Counted from the stretch's first letter, positions 37,370-47,123 are shown. The stretch is DNA of 64,000 nt from a virus (IMGVR_UViG_3300024054_000549); one strand, 5' to 3'. Made by a program: numbers and translations. Notes: a model not told the origin generated them from the letters alone.

Positions 37370-37693
37370 TTAGATTTCAAAGAATGCTTTATCTTCATAA
37401 CCCTTCACAGTCCACTTTCCATCTTTAAAAAGATATAGATAATCGATTCCTTTTTTCCCTGAAAAAATGTAAAAATAATCTGTAGAACTATCTGATCCAT
37501 CATTATAAAAGATGTTCTCAGCTATAGACGATGCATCACCACGAGCAATTAGTTCACGAACAGCTTGCTCGGTTAATACATGTTCTTTAAGGTATTGCCC
37601 TAGTCCATCTTTAATATATCCGTCGAAATGATTATAGATATAATCAACAGTGCCATTGTCGTTTGCAATACCTACCAATGCGCGAGTACTCAT
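37370..37693 (-). CDS. hypothetical protein
   Basis: ORF with AAGGA RBS. Confidence 0.4.
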   Translation of the reverse strand: MSTRALVGIANDNGTVDYIYNHFDGYIKDGLGQYLKEHVLTEQAVRELIARGDASSIAENIFYNDGSDSSTDYFYIFSGKKGIDYLYLFKDGKWTVKGYEDKAFFEI

Positions 37694-37707
37694 TACAGAT
37701 CCTTTTG

Positions 37708-37736
37708 AATTATACCAACAACAAAAGTTAGTTCAA
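37708..37736 (-). promoter_or_regulatory. sigma70-type promoter (TTGAAC -N17- TATAAT)
   Basis: plus-strand gaattataccaacaacaaaagttagttcaa. Confidence 0.5.
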
Positions 37737-37969
37737 ATAAATACTTCCAATTGCCAGAAGAAATGCAACCGACGATGCGGTTGTTCCAATTACGGTATAT
37801 CGCATGATCTCGTTTCGATATTCAGGAAAACCAAACCACGACACTTGTGCAACCAAATGTAACGAAACAATAAACACCATATACATAACAACGATCTCAA
37901 GCATATATCCACCTTAAATTAATATCTAGTTAACAAACGAATGTAATATACAAAAAAAGTTAGTTCTTG

Positions 37970-38257
37970 TCAACCTTTTTTAAGTATACTAACATTAAAA
38001 GTTGGTTCGAGCTTGACCCAAACCTCAACAAATACTGTGTTATTACTAGGACTCCAAATGGCAAATGTTAATGGCATATTTCCATATGCCCATTCGTTAA
38101 TGTTTCGTCCATAGTTCTGCCAGAAATGTTTTGCACATTCATCACTAAGATCTTTTATGTCAACATTACTGGAGAAATTGTACAGCTCGTCAGAGATAAT
38201 TTCCCTGTATTCATCATCACGGTGATATTCATAAACCGAATAGAAATATTTGTACAT
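37970..38257 (-). CDS. hypothetical protein
   Basis: ORF. Confidence 0.35.
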   Translation of the reverse strand: MYKYFYSVYEYHRDDEYREIISDELYNFSSNVDIKDLSDECAKHFWQNYGRNINEWAYGNMPLTFAIWSPSNNTVFVEVWVKLEPTFNVSILKKG

Positions 38258-38420
38258 AATTACACCTCGATAAATCCAACAGAAATAAAACGATCGAAAT
38301 ATGCAACTACATCATCGGACTTACGAACAGAGTATCCGAACTCGTCGACCTGAATATCGCTAACCGAAGTATTCAGAAAATCCATAACGTCAGAAGCCCA
38401 ATCAGAAAAATCCGTGTATT

Positions 38421-38645
38421 TCATATCTTGTCCTGTTTAAGTGAACTTTTATTACCTTCAACTGCCAGGCACAAACGATGAAAGGTATCAATAACATTCA
38501 TCATGTCCTGTGCGGTTTTATTACCATTATCTGCCTGGTCTTGCCATTCCTCGACCATTTCTCTCATATGCACAAAGTAATAACCATCGGCCATAACTTT
38601 TGAAATTTCACCTAACTTACGAGATACTTCAGAAGTTTGATACAT
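38421..38645 (-). CDS. hypothetical protein
   Basis: ORF downstream of early promoter. Confidence 0.4.
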   Translation of the reverse strand: MYQTSEVSRKLGEISKVMADGYYFVHMREMVEEWQDQADNGNKTAQDMMNVIDTFHRLCLAVEGNKSSLKQDKI

Positions 38646-38681
38646 GATACCGTTTCCTTTTAATCACTGTTTCAGTACTGT

Positions 38682-38709
38682 TATTATAACACAATTTCCT
38701 GAAATGTAA
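38682..38709 (-). promoter_or_regulatory. T4-early-type promoter copy
   Basis: gttattataacacaatttcctgaaatgtaaatac. Confidence 0.6.
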
Positions 38710-38730
38710 ATACCTTTTGAAAAAATATTT

Positions 38731-39096
38731 TCACTTAGTTTCTTGCAACCTGACTAGCGCGTAATTCAAGGCTGCCCATCCTGAACCATCTTCCGCTGTT
38801 AGCAACAGTGTCTGCTCATGGGTTTCACCAGTGATTGTGTGAACGGCCTGATAATCAGCGGCCAAACTTGGCAGCGTTATTTCCAGCGAAATTTCCCAAC
38901 CACCTAGTGTCCATTCAGCCTGTACGCAGCCTTCTGGTGTAGGGTACAAGTGCGGCAAAGGCAGAGTTCTTCCGAGATGTTTATCGAAAACCATCTCCAG
39001 ACGAGTAAGAGAATCTCGATCCAGTACACAGCCTTTACCGTCTAGCCAACCATCTTGCAGTTGCGCCAGTTCTTCAAAGCGGGTTTCGATGTCCAT
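38731..39096 (-). CDS. hypothetical protein, GC-rich (about 50% GC) probable recent acquisition
   Basis: start at MDIETRFEEL (internal Met of track ORF); composition contrasts with flanks. Confidence 0.45.
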   Translation of the reverse strand: MDIETRFEELAQLQDGWLDGKGCVLDRDSLTRLEMVFDKHLGRTLPLPHLYPTPEGCVQAEWTLGGWEISLEITLPSLAADYQAVHTITGETHEQTLLLTAEDGSGWAALNYALVRLQETK

Positions 39097-39103
39097 TGAT
39101 ATT

Positions 39104-39376
39104 TTAATCTGGATTATTAATGAAGCTAAGTTTCTTTTCTTTATCCCAAGATACAGCATATCCGTTATCTTCGTCGAAGATCCTAAGGTACTCTTCCTCA
39201 GAAACTGCACGGGTTGTTGTGAACACTTCATCGAGATGAGATTGAGACAATTCTTTAATAGAATCATCAGCTAACCCACATAGCACAGTATCATTCGCCC
39301 AGTTTTCGTTTTCTGTTCGAACGGCGTATCTCATCTTGAACATAGAAACAGTTTCAACAATAAAAATTTTAGACAT
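39104..39376 (-). CDS. hypothetical protein
   Basis: ORF. Confidence 0.35.
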   Translation of the reverse strand: MSKIFIVETVSMFKMRYAVRTENENWANDTVLCGLADDSIKELSQSHLDEVFTTTRAVSEEEYLRIFDEDNGYAVSWDKEKKLSFINNPD

Positions 39377-39644
39377 TATCTTTTCCTGTATTGTGATTAT
39401 CTACATTATTGTAACGGTCGTGATAGAACATTACTACCAATTCATATCCAAGTAACGAAAATTTTGCACTAAATCCTTTGTCGTATTGTTTTCCTAAAGT
39501 AACATTTAACCCCACCCCTATAATAGTTGTGGTTTTGTAAATCTCAATCTCTAAGATGTTGTTCCAAAAAATGAACTCATAACTTTTAAGTAAAGCAATA
39601 AACCTAGAGAATGGATTACCTAATGAAATGTTAATGTGCAGCAT
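39369..39644 (-). CDS. hypothetical protein
   Basis: ORF. Confidence 0.3.
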   Translation of the reverse strand: MLHINISLGNPFSRFIALLKSYEFIFWNNILEIEIYKTTTIIGVGLNVTLGKQYDKGFSAKFSLLGYELVVMFYHDRYNNVDNHNTGKDNV

Positions 39645-39646
39645 AC

Positions 39647-39832
39647 CTACTCGCCATTATTTTCTTCAAACGAAAAATATTCTGTAATTTCTGATGTAAC
39701 AGCATCGTAAATAGCATTTTTGATAACCTCTTCAGATGGATCTTCAACATGCTTATGAGCACGATTCCATCCGAGATTAATTCCACGATCAATGCATTCA
39801 GATAGAATAGCGTATTCACTGCGAATTTTCAT
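39647..39832 (-). CDS. hypothetical protein
   Basis: ORF. Confidence 0.3.
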   Translation of the reverse strand: MKIRSEYAILSECIDRGINLGWNRAHKHVEDPSEEVIKNAIYDAVTSEITEYFSFEENNGE

Positions 39833-39834
39833 TT

Positions 39835-40395
39835 TTAGTCCTTTACGTTAAAAGTTTCTTCATATTCCTGCTTCCAGTAAGGATCGCTCGTAATCGCTTT
39901 TTCACCTGGCGCCCATTTACCGTTAACAACATCACGAGCGTACATAAAGGAGCATTCAGCACTACTTGCAATAGCTTCTTCGCCCGGTTCCCATTGGTTT
40001 TTGATCAAATCCTGTGCGTACCAACATGAGTACATCGGGCTACTTGCAATTGCTTCTTCACCCGGAGACCAAGGCGCTTCGATTACAAAACGAGCATATT
40101 CAAATGAAAACCTTGGATCACTAGCAATAGCCTTTTCTCCAGGTGCCCAAGGACCTTTGATAATACGCCGGGCGTACTCACATGCATAATGCGCACTACT
40201 TGCTATTGCTTCTTCACCAGATGCCCACGGACCCTTAATGGTGTACCGAGCATACCAATATGAGTACTCCGGGCTTGTTGCCCACAAATGCTCCAGCTCT
40301 TGCTTCTTGTCTTTTGTGTCAGCCTTTATCCAAGCAAGGTCTAACGCATCATCGTTGTTGCGGTAATCCTTCATTTCTCTTAATCCTGTTCCCAT
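39835..40395 (-). CDS. 26-aa tandem-repeat family protein (5 repeats)
   Basis: ..LDLAWIKADTKDKKQELEHLW + 5x (P.YxY.YAR.VIKGPW.PGE.AIAS.) + DPYWKQEYEETFNVK. Confidence 0.7.
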   Translation of the reverse strand: MGTGLREMKDYRNNDDALDLAWIKADTKDKKQELEHLWATSPEYSYWYARYTIKGPWASGEEAIASSAHYACEYARRIIKGPWAPGEKAIASDPRFSFEYARFVIEAPWSPGEEAIASSPMYSCWYAQDLIKNQWEPGEEAIASSAECSFMYARDVVNGKWAPGEKAITSDPYWKQEYEETFNVKD

Positions 40396-40673
40396 TTGTA
40401 CACAGCGTAATAATCACCAGGTGCGCCAAACAAGTGTTCCATGATGGACTTCTTTACCGGAACGTATCCAGCAAAGAACTTTTCTTGCCTCCACCTACGC
40501 TTTGCCGGACGCACTCGGAACCAATGTCGGATTGGTTCGGTACCTTCTTCACCTGCCCATTCCATAAATTCCACAAGGATCTTATATCCATGCTTAGTAG
40601 CCAAGATATGGCCAGGAACTCTGCGGCTCCACTTACCATCGTAGCATACAGCAACAGTCTGTCCTCGCTTCAT
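40380..40673 (-). CDS. hypothetical protein, GC-enriched (about 46-50%)
   Basis: ORF directly downstream of early promoter copy. Confidence 0.4.
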   Translation of the reverse strand: MKRGQTVAVCYDGKWSRRVPGHILATKHGYKILVEFMEWAGEEGTEPIRHWFRVRPAKRRWRQEKFFAGYVPVKKSIMEHLFGAPGDYYAVYKWEQD

Positions 40674-40707
40674 TCCGAAATCCTTTCAATCACCGTTTCG
40701 GTAAGAT

Positions 40708-40735
40708 TATTATAACACAATTTCCTGAAATGTAA
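40708..40735 (-). promoter_or_regulatory. T4-early-type promoter copy
   Basis: gattattataacacaatttcctgaaatgtaaacac. Confidence 0.6.
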
Positions 40736-40806
40736 ACACTTCTGAAAAATATTTTTACAGGTTCGGATTAATTTTGATGTAGATGATTTGTAAAAAATTA
40801 AACATT

Positions 40807-41199
40807 TTACAATTTTACATCAAAGTATTGATTATAATGCTGTTTCCAATATGGATCACTAGCAATAGCTTTCTCGCCTTGTGGCCATTTACCTTTGATA
40901 ATATTGCGAGCATACCAGTATGAGAATTCTGGATTTTTTGCAATCACCTCTTCACCAGGAGACCAAGGGCCCTCAATAACATGATAAGTATACCAATATG
41001 AAAAATCTGGAGTTTTTGCAATCACCTCTTCACCAGGTACCCACGGGCCCTTAATAACATATCGAGCATATAAATATGCGTGTTCTGAACTTGTTGCCCA
41101 TACATGTTCTAGTTTTTGTTTCTTCTCTTTTGTGTTAGCTTTTTTCCATGCAAGGTCTAAAGCTTCAGACATTTTGGTATCTTGATTAACGCTTGACAT
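40807..41199 (-). CDS. 26-aa tandem-repeat family protein (3 repeats)
   Basis: conserved N-term ..LDLAWKKANTKEKKQKLEHVW, repeats, C-term DPYWKQHYNQYFDVKL. Confidence 0.7.
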   Translation of the reverse strand: MSSVNQDTKMSEALDLAWKKANTKEKKQKLEHVWATSSEHAYLYARYVIKGPWVPGEEVIAKTPDFSYWYTYHVIEGPWSPGEEVIAKNPEFSYWYARNIIKGKWPQGEKAIASDPYWKQHYNQYFDVKL

Positions 41200-41215
41200 T
41201 CAGAAATCCTTTCAA

Positions 41216-41650
41216 TCACTGTTGAGGCTTATACTTAGCCAAAGTAAATGCGGTCAACCAAATCTTACTGGCCTCATCTTTATCCCTGAATCCCCTAGGG
41301 AACAAGCGGAACAATTCTTCTTGTACAGCTTGTTTAAATTTAGCATCAAGAACAATTTGCACATGAACCTGATTACTGAGGTCATCAGAAGAGGGCTCAT
41401 TAAATGGTCTGTAGACAAAAACATCAATACACTGACCATCAGCGGCATATTCAGAATACCTGGAATAGTTAGTGAATCCACGTTTTGTTAAATACTCACG
41501 AACGGATTTGGAGTCTTGCACAAAGAAGTCCCAATCTGATTTTTCAGTGAAAGTTCCCCAATAACGAGAGCCTGTCAGATAGAACTCATAAAGTGAAGAT
41601 CGCATTTCAGAAATGATAGAGGGCATGATGTTTTGCATATTGAGCAACAT
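41216..41650 (-). CDS. putative minimal nucleotidyltransferase
   Basis: LTGSRYWGTFTEKSDWDFFV matches hG[GS]x9-13Dh[DE]h NTase-fold motif. Confidence 0.4.
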   Translation of the reverse strand: MLLNMQNIMPSIISEMRSSLYEFYLTGSRYWGTFTEKSDWDFFVQDSKSVREYLTKRGFTNYSRYSEYAADGQCIDVFVYRPFNEPSSDDLSNQVHVQIVLDAKFKQAVQEELFRLFPRGFRDKDEASKIWLTAFTLAKYKPQQ

Positions 41651-41678
41651 GAGATTCTCCTTGTAGTGAACAGTTTAG

Positions 41679-42184
41679 TTAAACATTTTGCAATTTTACG
41701 TTAAAAGTTTCTTCATATTGCTGTTTCCAGTAAGGGTAATTTGTTATCACCTTTTCACCAGGAGCCCATGGCCCCTTGATGACATAACGAGCATACCAGT
41801 ATGAAAACTCTGGATCTTTTGCAATTACTTCCTCACCAGGAGCCCATGGCCCGTTAATAGCATTGAGAGTATATATACCAGCATAATATGGATTACTTGC
41901 AATTACCTCTTCACCAGGTTCCCATGGGCCTTTAATAACATTAATGGCATATAAACATTAATGGCATATAATGCTGCATAATACTCATCATTGGCAATCG
42001 CTTTTTCACCAGGTTCCCATGGGCCCTTAATAACATCACGAGCGTACAGATAAGCATAGATCGGACTGTTAGTCCACAGATGTTCTAGTTCTTGTTTTTT
42101 CTCATCAGTATCTGCACTTTCCCAAGCAATCATTAGTTCTTTATTGGATTTAGGCGTTTTGGTCTCTTGATTAATGCTTGACAT
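41679..42184 (-). pseudogene. 26-aa tandem-repeat family member disrupted by a 17-bp tandem duplication
   Basis: perfect duplication acattaatggcatataa x2 at 41938..41971 shifts frame; downstream frame still encodes ..VIKGPWAPGEKVITNYPYWKQQYEETFNVKLQNV. Confidence 0.6.
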
Positions 42185-42217
42185 TTTGAAATCCTTCAAT
42201 TGCTGTTTCAGTAAGGT

Positions 42218-42245
42218 TATTATAACACAATTTCCTGAAATGTAA
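42218..42245 (-). promoter_or_regulatory. T4-early-type promoter copy
   Basis: ggttattataacacaatttcctgaaatgtaaacac. Confidence 0.6.
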
Positions 42246-42290
42246 ACACTTCTGAAAAATATTTTTACATTGTTAACTGTTAAACAATCT

Positions 42291-42620
42291 TTAGTCATGA
42301 ACAGCAGTTGATACTGTTTGATTATTCTTGTTGAATGCTACTTTGTAACGAGTCAACAAGTTAATCAATCTGTCAGCATCTTGTTCTTTTAGCGAAAAAT
42401 AATCCCAATGACCATACTTTGACTTGTACCCAAAGATATACATTATTGCAACAAAAATTCTTGAATACCATGGAATCCAGTCGTTCAAAAATACTGTTGT
42501 GTATAGTTCAGGATTTTCGCAACTTCCAAATTCATCCATATCAAGGGTGAACTTCAATGTATGTTCGTCTGAATGACAGGAACATTCGAAGAATTCTGTG
42601 CATGATTTATGATCGTTCAT
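42291..42620 (-). CDS. hypothetical protein
   Basis: ORF. Confidence 0.35.
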   Translation of the reverse strand: MNDHKSCTEFFECSCHSDEHTLKFTLDMDEFGSCENPELYTTVFLNDWIPWYSRIFVAIMYIFGYKSKYGHWDYFSLKEQDADRLINLLTRYKVAFNKNNQTVSTAVHD

Positions 42621-42943
42621 ATTACTCTTTCTAGTTTAAGAATTTTTCCATCCATACATAATGCGTTCCACGTTTCTGAGACATAAACGCCGTCCTTATC
42701 TTTGAAATAATCATAGAAACAAATATTTCCACTGAAGTCACCAAGAAATTCCCATATATGAGATACCTCTTCTAAGTATCCACCGAACTCACCATCGTCG
42801 TTCCATTCATACACAATATCTTTGAACCAAAGTTCATTGTCCCGTATTCCATATGTAGCGATGGACTGGCTTGGTGTATCTTTTGTTTGATATGTTTTTC
42901 CATTAAAAACAATATAGTCGAACATTCCCATGATTAATCCCAA
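42617..42943 (-). CDS. hypothetical protein
   Basis: ORF. Confidence 0.35.
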   Translation of the reverse strand: MGLIMGMFDYIVFNGKTYQTKDTPSQSIATYGIRDNELWFKDIVYEWNDDGEFGGYLEEVSHIWEFLGDFSGNICFYDYFKDKDGVYVSETWNALCMDGKILKLERVI

Positions 42944-43629
42944 AGTGCTTGAAAATAAGTACCAAACAGCCTTAAACCGTTAGTAATTCGTTCTTGATGT
43001 TTAGTACGACCGTCCCAATCACATTCACCTTTTACCTTCCAAACAACAGGAGAAACACCGTTGCTAGAATCCGACTTAGATAAATCTAATTCAGGTTTAA
43101 TGATCCAGTATTGATCTTCCCAATTGGAATCTGGCTGCAATTGCTCAAACGCCCAGATCATTTCATTAATAATCCACTCCCAACGACTATGAATATTGCA
43201 CTGAACATTTTGATTGCATAATTCAGAATCTTGGTAAAAATCAAAAGTCAGTTGAGAATCGTAATCTTCTGTTTCTATAAATCGCATTTCAAGAGGGACA
43301 TCACTTAATTCAACCATAGGTGAACCGTGCTTCTCTTGACTTAACTTTTTCAGCATAGGCAAAATAATCAACGCCAGTGTTGAGTACATTGACCAAATAT
43401 CGTAGTGATCAATATGAATCTTTACTTTCCTTTGCCTTGTCTCATTGATCCATTGACAAAGATCATCAACCCACGTTTCAGCTAACCATTCAGCAAAATC
43501 GTTATGGAATTTGTAATCCCACCGTTTTTCTAATTCATCCTCAGGATACTTTTCATGCCAGAAGAATAGTTTATCGGCAATTTGATATGGGCCAATGTAA
43601 TTAACGTAAGGACCAATTTTAACCTTCAT
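42934..43629 (-). CDS. hypothetical protein
   Basis: ORF. Confidence 0.4.
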   Translation of the reverse strand: MKVKIGPYVNYIGPYQIADKLFFWHEKYPEDELEKRWDYKFHNDFAEWLAETWVDDLCQWINETRQRKVKIHIDHYDIWSMYSTLALIILPMLKKLSQEKHGSPMVELSDVPLEMRFIETEDYDSQLTFDFYQDSELCNQNVQCNIHSRWEWIINEMIWAFEQLQPDSNWEDQYWIIKPELDLSKSDSSNGVSPVVWKVKGECDWDGRTKHQERITNGLRLFGTYFQALWD

Positions 43630-43898
43630 ATAATTAATACTCCTGTTGCTCTAGTCCTAGGAGTGTTATCTTTATCACCATCAAAATATGATTCTTCTTC
43701 ATGAGGACCATAATACCACTCATCATTCACATAAAGAAGTAAATTAATACTTTCTACAGTAACTGGATTATAGTACCCACCTTCATACCCCTTTTGAACT
43801 ATCTCAAGATTCCCATCGAATTCTTTTAAAAGTTCAATTAATTCTTTAACCTTCATTTTTACCCCCGAACTCATATTCTTCGAAAATATAATGCCCAC
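43626..43898 (-). CDS. hypothetical protein
   Basis: ORF. Confidence 0.35.
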   Translation of the reverse strand: MGIIFSKNMSSGVKMKVKELIELLKEFDGNLEIVQKGYEGGYYNPVTVESINLLLYVNDEWYYGPHEEESYFDGDKDNTPRTRATGVLII

Positions 43899-44262
43899 CT
43901 CGTCGCGATTGCACCCAATTAAAGTGCCACATCATTTCATTTTCTTGCATAGCTTTTATAATAGATTCATTACCTGACCAGCCGCATGTCGAAATGTAAT
44001 GCCTGTGTACCATTTTTTTCTTGAAGTCGTGCTCTTCATCTCGCTCATTCCATCGAATGTTACTATAGAACCAAACACTCTTGATGAATTGGAGATACCC
44101 GGAAGGATCTGACCAATGCCAAATTCTGATAATATCTAAACATTCGGTTGTTGGATATCCATCTTCATCAAGCATTTCACATTTCATTAGCTCCTGTACT
44201 TTGCTTTTTGATTCGGCAATGTCAAGCTGCAATTCTTCGTTGAAATCTCGTTCAATATTCAT
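43846..44262 (-). CDS. hypothetical protein
   Basis: ORF. Confidence 0.35.
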   Translation of the reverse strand: MNIERDFNEELQLDIAESKSKVQELMKCEMLDEDGYPTTECLDIIRIWHWSDPSGYLQFIKSVWFYSNIRWNERDEEHDFKKKMVHRHYISTCGWSGNESIIKAMQENEMMWHFNWVQSRRGGHYIFEEYEFGGKNEG

Positions 44263-44388
44263 TTTATTTTTTTGAAGTTTTAATTTTATCAGAAATATAT
44301 TCTATAAACATTTCTATGAAATTCAAAAACGGAAATACAAGTATTCCCAGAACTAAACCCAAAGCGAACATTTCTTCAATTTCCATAA

Positions 44389-45267
44389 TTATACCTCAAA
44401 TATTAGTGGTTCAAAATCATCTGCACTTGCCTCATGATTAGCGTAACCACGAGGATTACAAATGATACGAGTAGTTCCGATAAGATAATCGAACTTGTCA
44501 TGCGTATGTCCGTGTGTCCATACCTTAATTTGAGGATGATCAAGAATGAATTCCTCAAGTGAGCTAGAATACCCACCATTCATATGAAAGTCATCCAAAT
44601 ATCGCTGTTTAGTACTCAAACGACTCGGCGCATGGTGCGTACATACCACAAATGTCTCATCGGATTTCCCCTCAATCATATCTGTCAAATAATCAACGAA
44701 CTTATAGAACTCGTCAGCCGCATCATCTGGGCTGAAGTAACTTGGTTCTTTGACATATTTGTAGCTACTCTGAATTTTAATCCCTCGATCATCTTCTTCG
44801 TAAATAGGAACCTTTTTACTTGTCATAACATTACTGTTCTGAATAACACTAAAATCATTCAGGTTATTTTTCATGCGTTGAATGGTTATTGGATTCCTCG
44901 AGTTCATATTCGTCCACATAGTGCCACCAATAAAGGTAACTCCGTCGATACTAACCGATTCGTTGTCTAGAAAATGAATGTTTTTGTATTCCGCCATACA
45001 CTTACGAATATGTTGTGCGGACGTAGCAAAATCAGTATGGTAGTGCTCATGGTTCCCCATGATGTAAATTACATCCTTGAACTTCGAACTTACGTTTTTA
45101 AGAAACTCATGGAACCGTTTAGATTTAGGAATCTGAAAGAGGTTCAACGGCTCAAAATCCGAAGCCAAAAGGATATCACCACCGAGAATGAGCACATCTG
45201 CATCGACATCAGTAAATGCATATGACCCAAATTCAAGATGCATATCAGAGCATTGGGCTATTTTCAT
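44389..45267 (-). CDS. calcineurin-like metallophosphoesterase
   Basis: motifs DMHLE, GGDIL, GNHEHY, GHTHD; start taken at MKIAQCSD because the track start lies inside the promoter. Confidence 0.7.
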   Translation of the reverse strand: MKIAQCSDMHLEFGSYAFTDVDADVLILGGDILLASDFEPLNLFQIPKSKRFHEFLKNVSSKFKDVIYIMGNHEHYHTDFATSAQHIRKCMAEYKNIHFLDNESVSIDGVTFIGGTMWTNMNSRNPITIQRMKNNLNDFSVIQNSNVMTSKKVPIYEEDDRGIKIQSSYKYVKEPSYFSPDDAADEFYKFVDYLTDMIEGKSDETFVVCTHHAPSRLSTKQRYLDDFHMNGGYSSSLEEFILDHPQIKVWTHGHTHDKFDYLIGTTRIICNPRGYANHEASADDFEPLIFEV

Positions 45268-45300
45268 TTCAATACTTTCAACTGTTGTTTCAGTAAAATT

Positions 45301-45328
45301 ATTATAATACAATTTCTAAAAATGTAAA
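45301..45328 (-). promoter_or_regulatory. T4-early-type promoter copy
   Basis: attataatacaatttctaaaaatgtaaacac. Confidence 0.55.
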
Positions 45329-45334
45329 CACTTC

Positions 45335-45682
45335 TTAGAAAATTATTGATATATTTTTTTTCGCTCTTTCAACGAACTCTTCAATGGAATCTAATTCAGA
45401 AAAAGATACTACTGTTTCGTCATGCTGAACATATGTACTTTCTTCTTCGTTGTAAGCATTTCTAAAATTAGAATCAATCCATCGATAACCTGTTAATTCT
45501 GAATTATTGAATAACGACATTTCGTAAATATTCCCCGTCCGAACGTCATAGATACATTCAAGTTCTGAGAGAATATCACTGTACTTAATACTCCAGGCAT
45601 GATTGCCATAACATTTCCACAGGTACTTGTACCCTTCTGTGATTTTATTGTTAGTAATAGCGAAAAATTCTGTAAATTTCAT
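45335..45682 (-). CDS. hypothetical protein
   Basis: ORF. Confidence 0.35.
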   Translation of the reverse strand: MKFTEFFAITNNKITEGYKYLWKCYGNHAWSIKYSDILSELECIYDVRTGNIYEMSLFNNSELTGYRWIDSNFRNAYNEEESTYVQHDETVVSFSELDSIEEFVERAKKNISIIF

Positions 45683-45687
45683 GTCAC

Positions 45688-45990
45688 TTATCCTACGGTA
45701 TATTCAACGAACTTGATACCTGCTTCTTTAATTGCTAACTCACAAATCGGACAAGGTTTAGCATTTTTTGGTTCGCCATTTTTACCGTACCGTTCGATCT
45801 TAATTTTATATCCTTTTCCTTGAGCTTTGATTAAAGCATCTATTTCTGCATGTAAATACACCTTATGGATCTCCCCGACCCGTTTCGCATATTTCGATTG
45901 AATTGTATGTGTTTTAGTATACGAATTTTTTCCTACAGCAATAATATTTCCACGCTTATTATAAACTGTAGCTGTTAAATTATAGCACAT
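45688..45990 (-). CDS. minimal cytidine/deoxycytidylate deaminase-fold zinc protein
   Basis: HAEIDAL ... PCPICELAI (H[AC]E / PCxxC zinc ligands). Confidence 0.55.
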   Translation of the reverse strand: MCYNLTATVYNKRGNIIAVGKNSYTKTHTIQSKYAKRVGEIHKVYLHAEIDALIKAQGKGYKIKIERYGKNGEPKNAKPCPICELAIKEAGIKFVEYTVG

Positions 45991-46009
45991 GTTTTAACTT
46001 ACTTCAGTT

Positions 46010-46261
46010 TCAAAATTTTTTAGCAAAATCAACTACCGAATCCATTACAGCAGCAACTTCATCATATCCATATAATTCGCCCCGTTCACATGCCTGTGAA
46101 TAACAAGTGTTGAATATATCATCCGAAAGTTCGGACCAATGAGCTCGAAAATCAACAAACCAGTTGCTAGCTGCTTCACTCCACACTTCAGATGAAGTTT
46201 TATTCTCGGAATTAACTTCGGACATGTAAGTATCGAACGATTTCATTTTGCTTTCCTTCAA
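46010..46261 (-). CDS. hypothetical protein
   Basis: ORF after promoter copy. Confidence 0.35.
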   Translation of the reverse strand: MKESKMKSFDTYMSEVNSENKTSSEVWSEAASNWFVDFRAHWSELSDDIFNTCYSQACERGELYGYDEVAAVMDSVVDFAKKF

Positions 46262-46280
46262 TTGCTGTTTCGATAAGATT

Positions 46281-46308
46281 ATTATAACACAATTTCTAAG
46301 ATTGTAAA
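46281..46308 (-). promoter_or_regulatory. T4-early-type promoter copy
   Basis: gattattataacacaatttctaagattgtaaacac. Confidence 0.55.
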
Positions 46309-46646
46309 CACTTTTTGAACATATTTAAAACAATTACATCTCTGATATCAATTGCATGAATAAGAACTCCTTGTTTGCCAGCATTTTCCTGCATATTTGA
46401 CAAAATCTCAGAAGTTAATCCGGTTAATTTCTCTGAGTACTTTTCACAATTGAACACCGATTCAGAATCATAAATTTCATAGTACTCATCGTGCTCTACT
46501 ATTTTTGTAATATCAGAACTTAATTTCCAACAATACGTTTCTGCACAATCGCAGTGATAACTACCAAGAACCTTGTGAATATCATTGACATTTGTTCTAG
46601 ATATCTGAATGATGACCCAAGATTCGGGTTGATATTGAGCACTCAT
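46296..46646 (-). CDS. hypothetical protein
   Basis: ORF. Confidence 0.35.
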   Translation of the reverse strand: MSAQYQPESWVIIQISRTNVNDIHKVLGSYHCDCAETYCWKLSSDITKIVEHDEYYEIYDSESVFNCEKYSEKLTGLTSEILSNMQENAGKQGVLIHAIDIRDVIVLNMFKKCLQS

Positions 46647-46924
46647 TTAGCTTCTTTAAAAAGATTTTGGAGCCTAATAATAACATCAACAATGCCATCA
46701 TATTTACCCCGGACATAATCATCATCAGGTTCATAATCAGGTAGTTCGTTCCGGGCTTCTTTGAGACATTCTTCAATAATTAAGTCAACAAATTTAGTAA
46801 TGTCTAGTTCTGAACCATTATATTCCGGGGCACCATTCCAGATGTTAGTTTCCCAGATATCCTTTTGGGATTCTTCGAATAAATTTTCAAGTATTTCATT
46901 CATTTCATCTTCACTTACCTTCAT
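46643..46924 (-). CDS. hypothetical protein
   Basis: ORF. Confidence 0.35.
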   Translation of the reverse strand: MKVSEDEMNEILENLFEESQKDIWETNIWNGAPEYNGSELDITKFVDLIIEECLKEARNELPDYEPDDDYVRGKYDGIVDVIIRLQNLFKEAK

Positions 46925-47123
46925 TTGAATTATACATCTTATGATTCAATTTATATCCCTCTGTAGCTTCCTCAGCATAAATCATAACATCATCTGGATA
47001 CAAATCTTTTAATGCTGTGTGCATGAATTGCTTGCCCTTGCTCAAGGCATCTAAAGTATTTTCACCTTGAACAACGAATTCATATTCGATTGTTATTTTG
47101 AAAATATTCATTTCATTTCTCAA
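46911..47123 (-). CDS. hypothetical protein
   Basis: ORF. Confidence 0.3.
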   Translation of the reverse strand: MRNEMNIFKITIEYEFVVQGENTLDALSKGKQFMHTALKDLYPDDVMIYAEEATEGYKLNHKMYNSNEGK

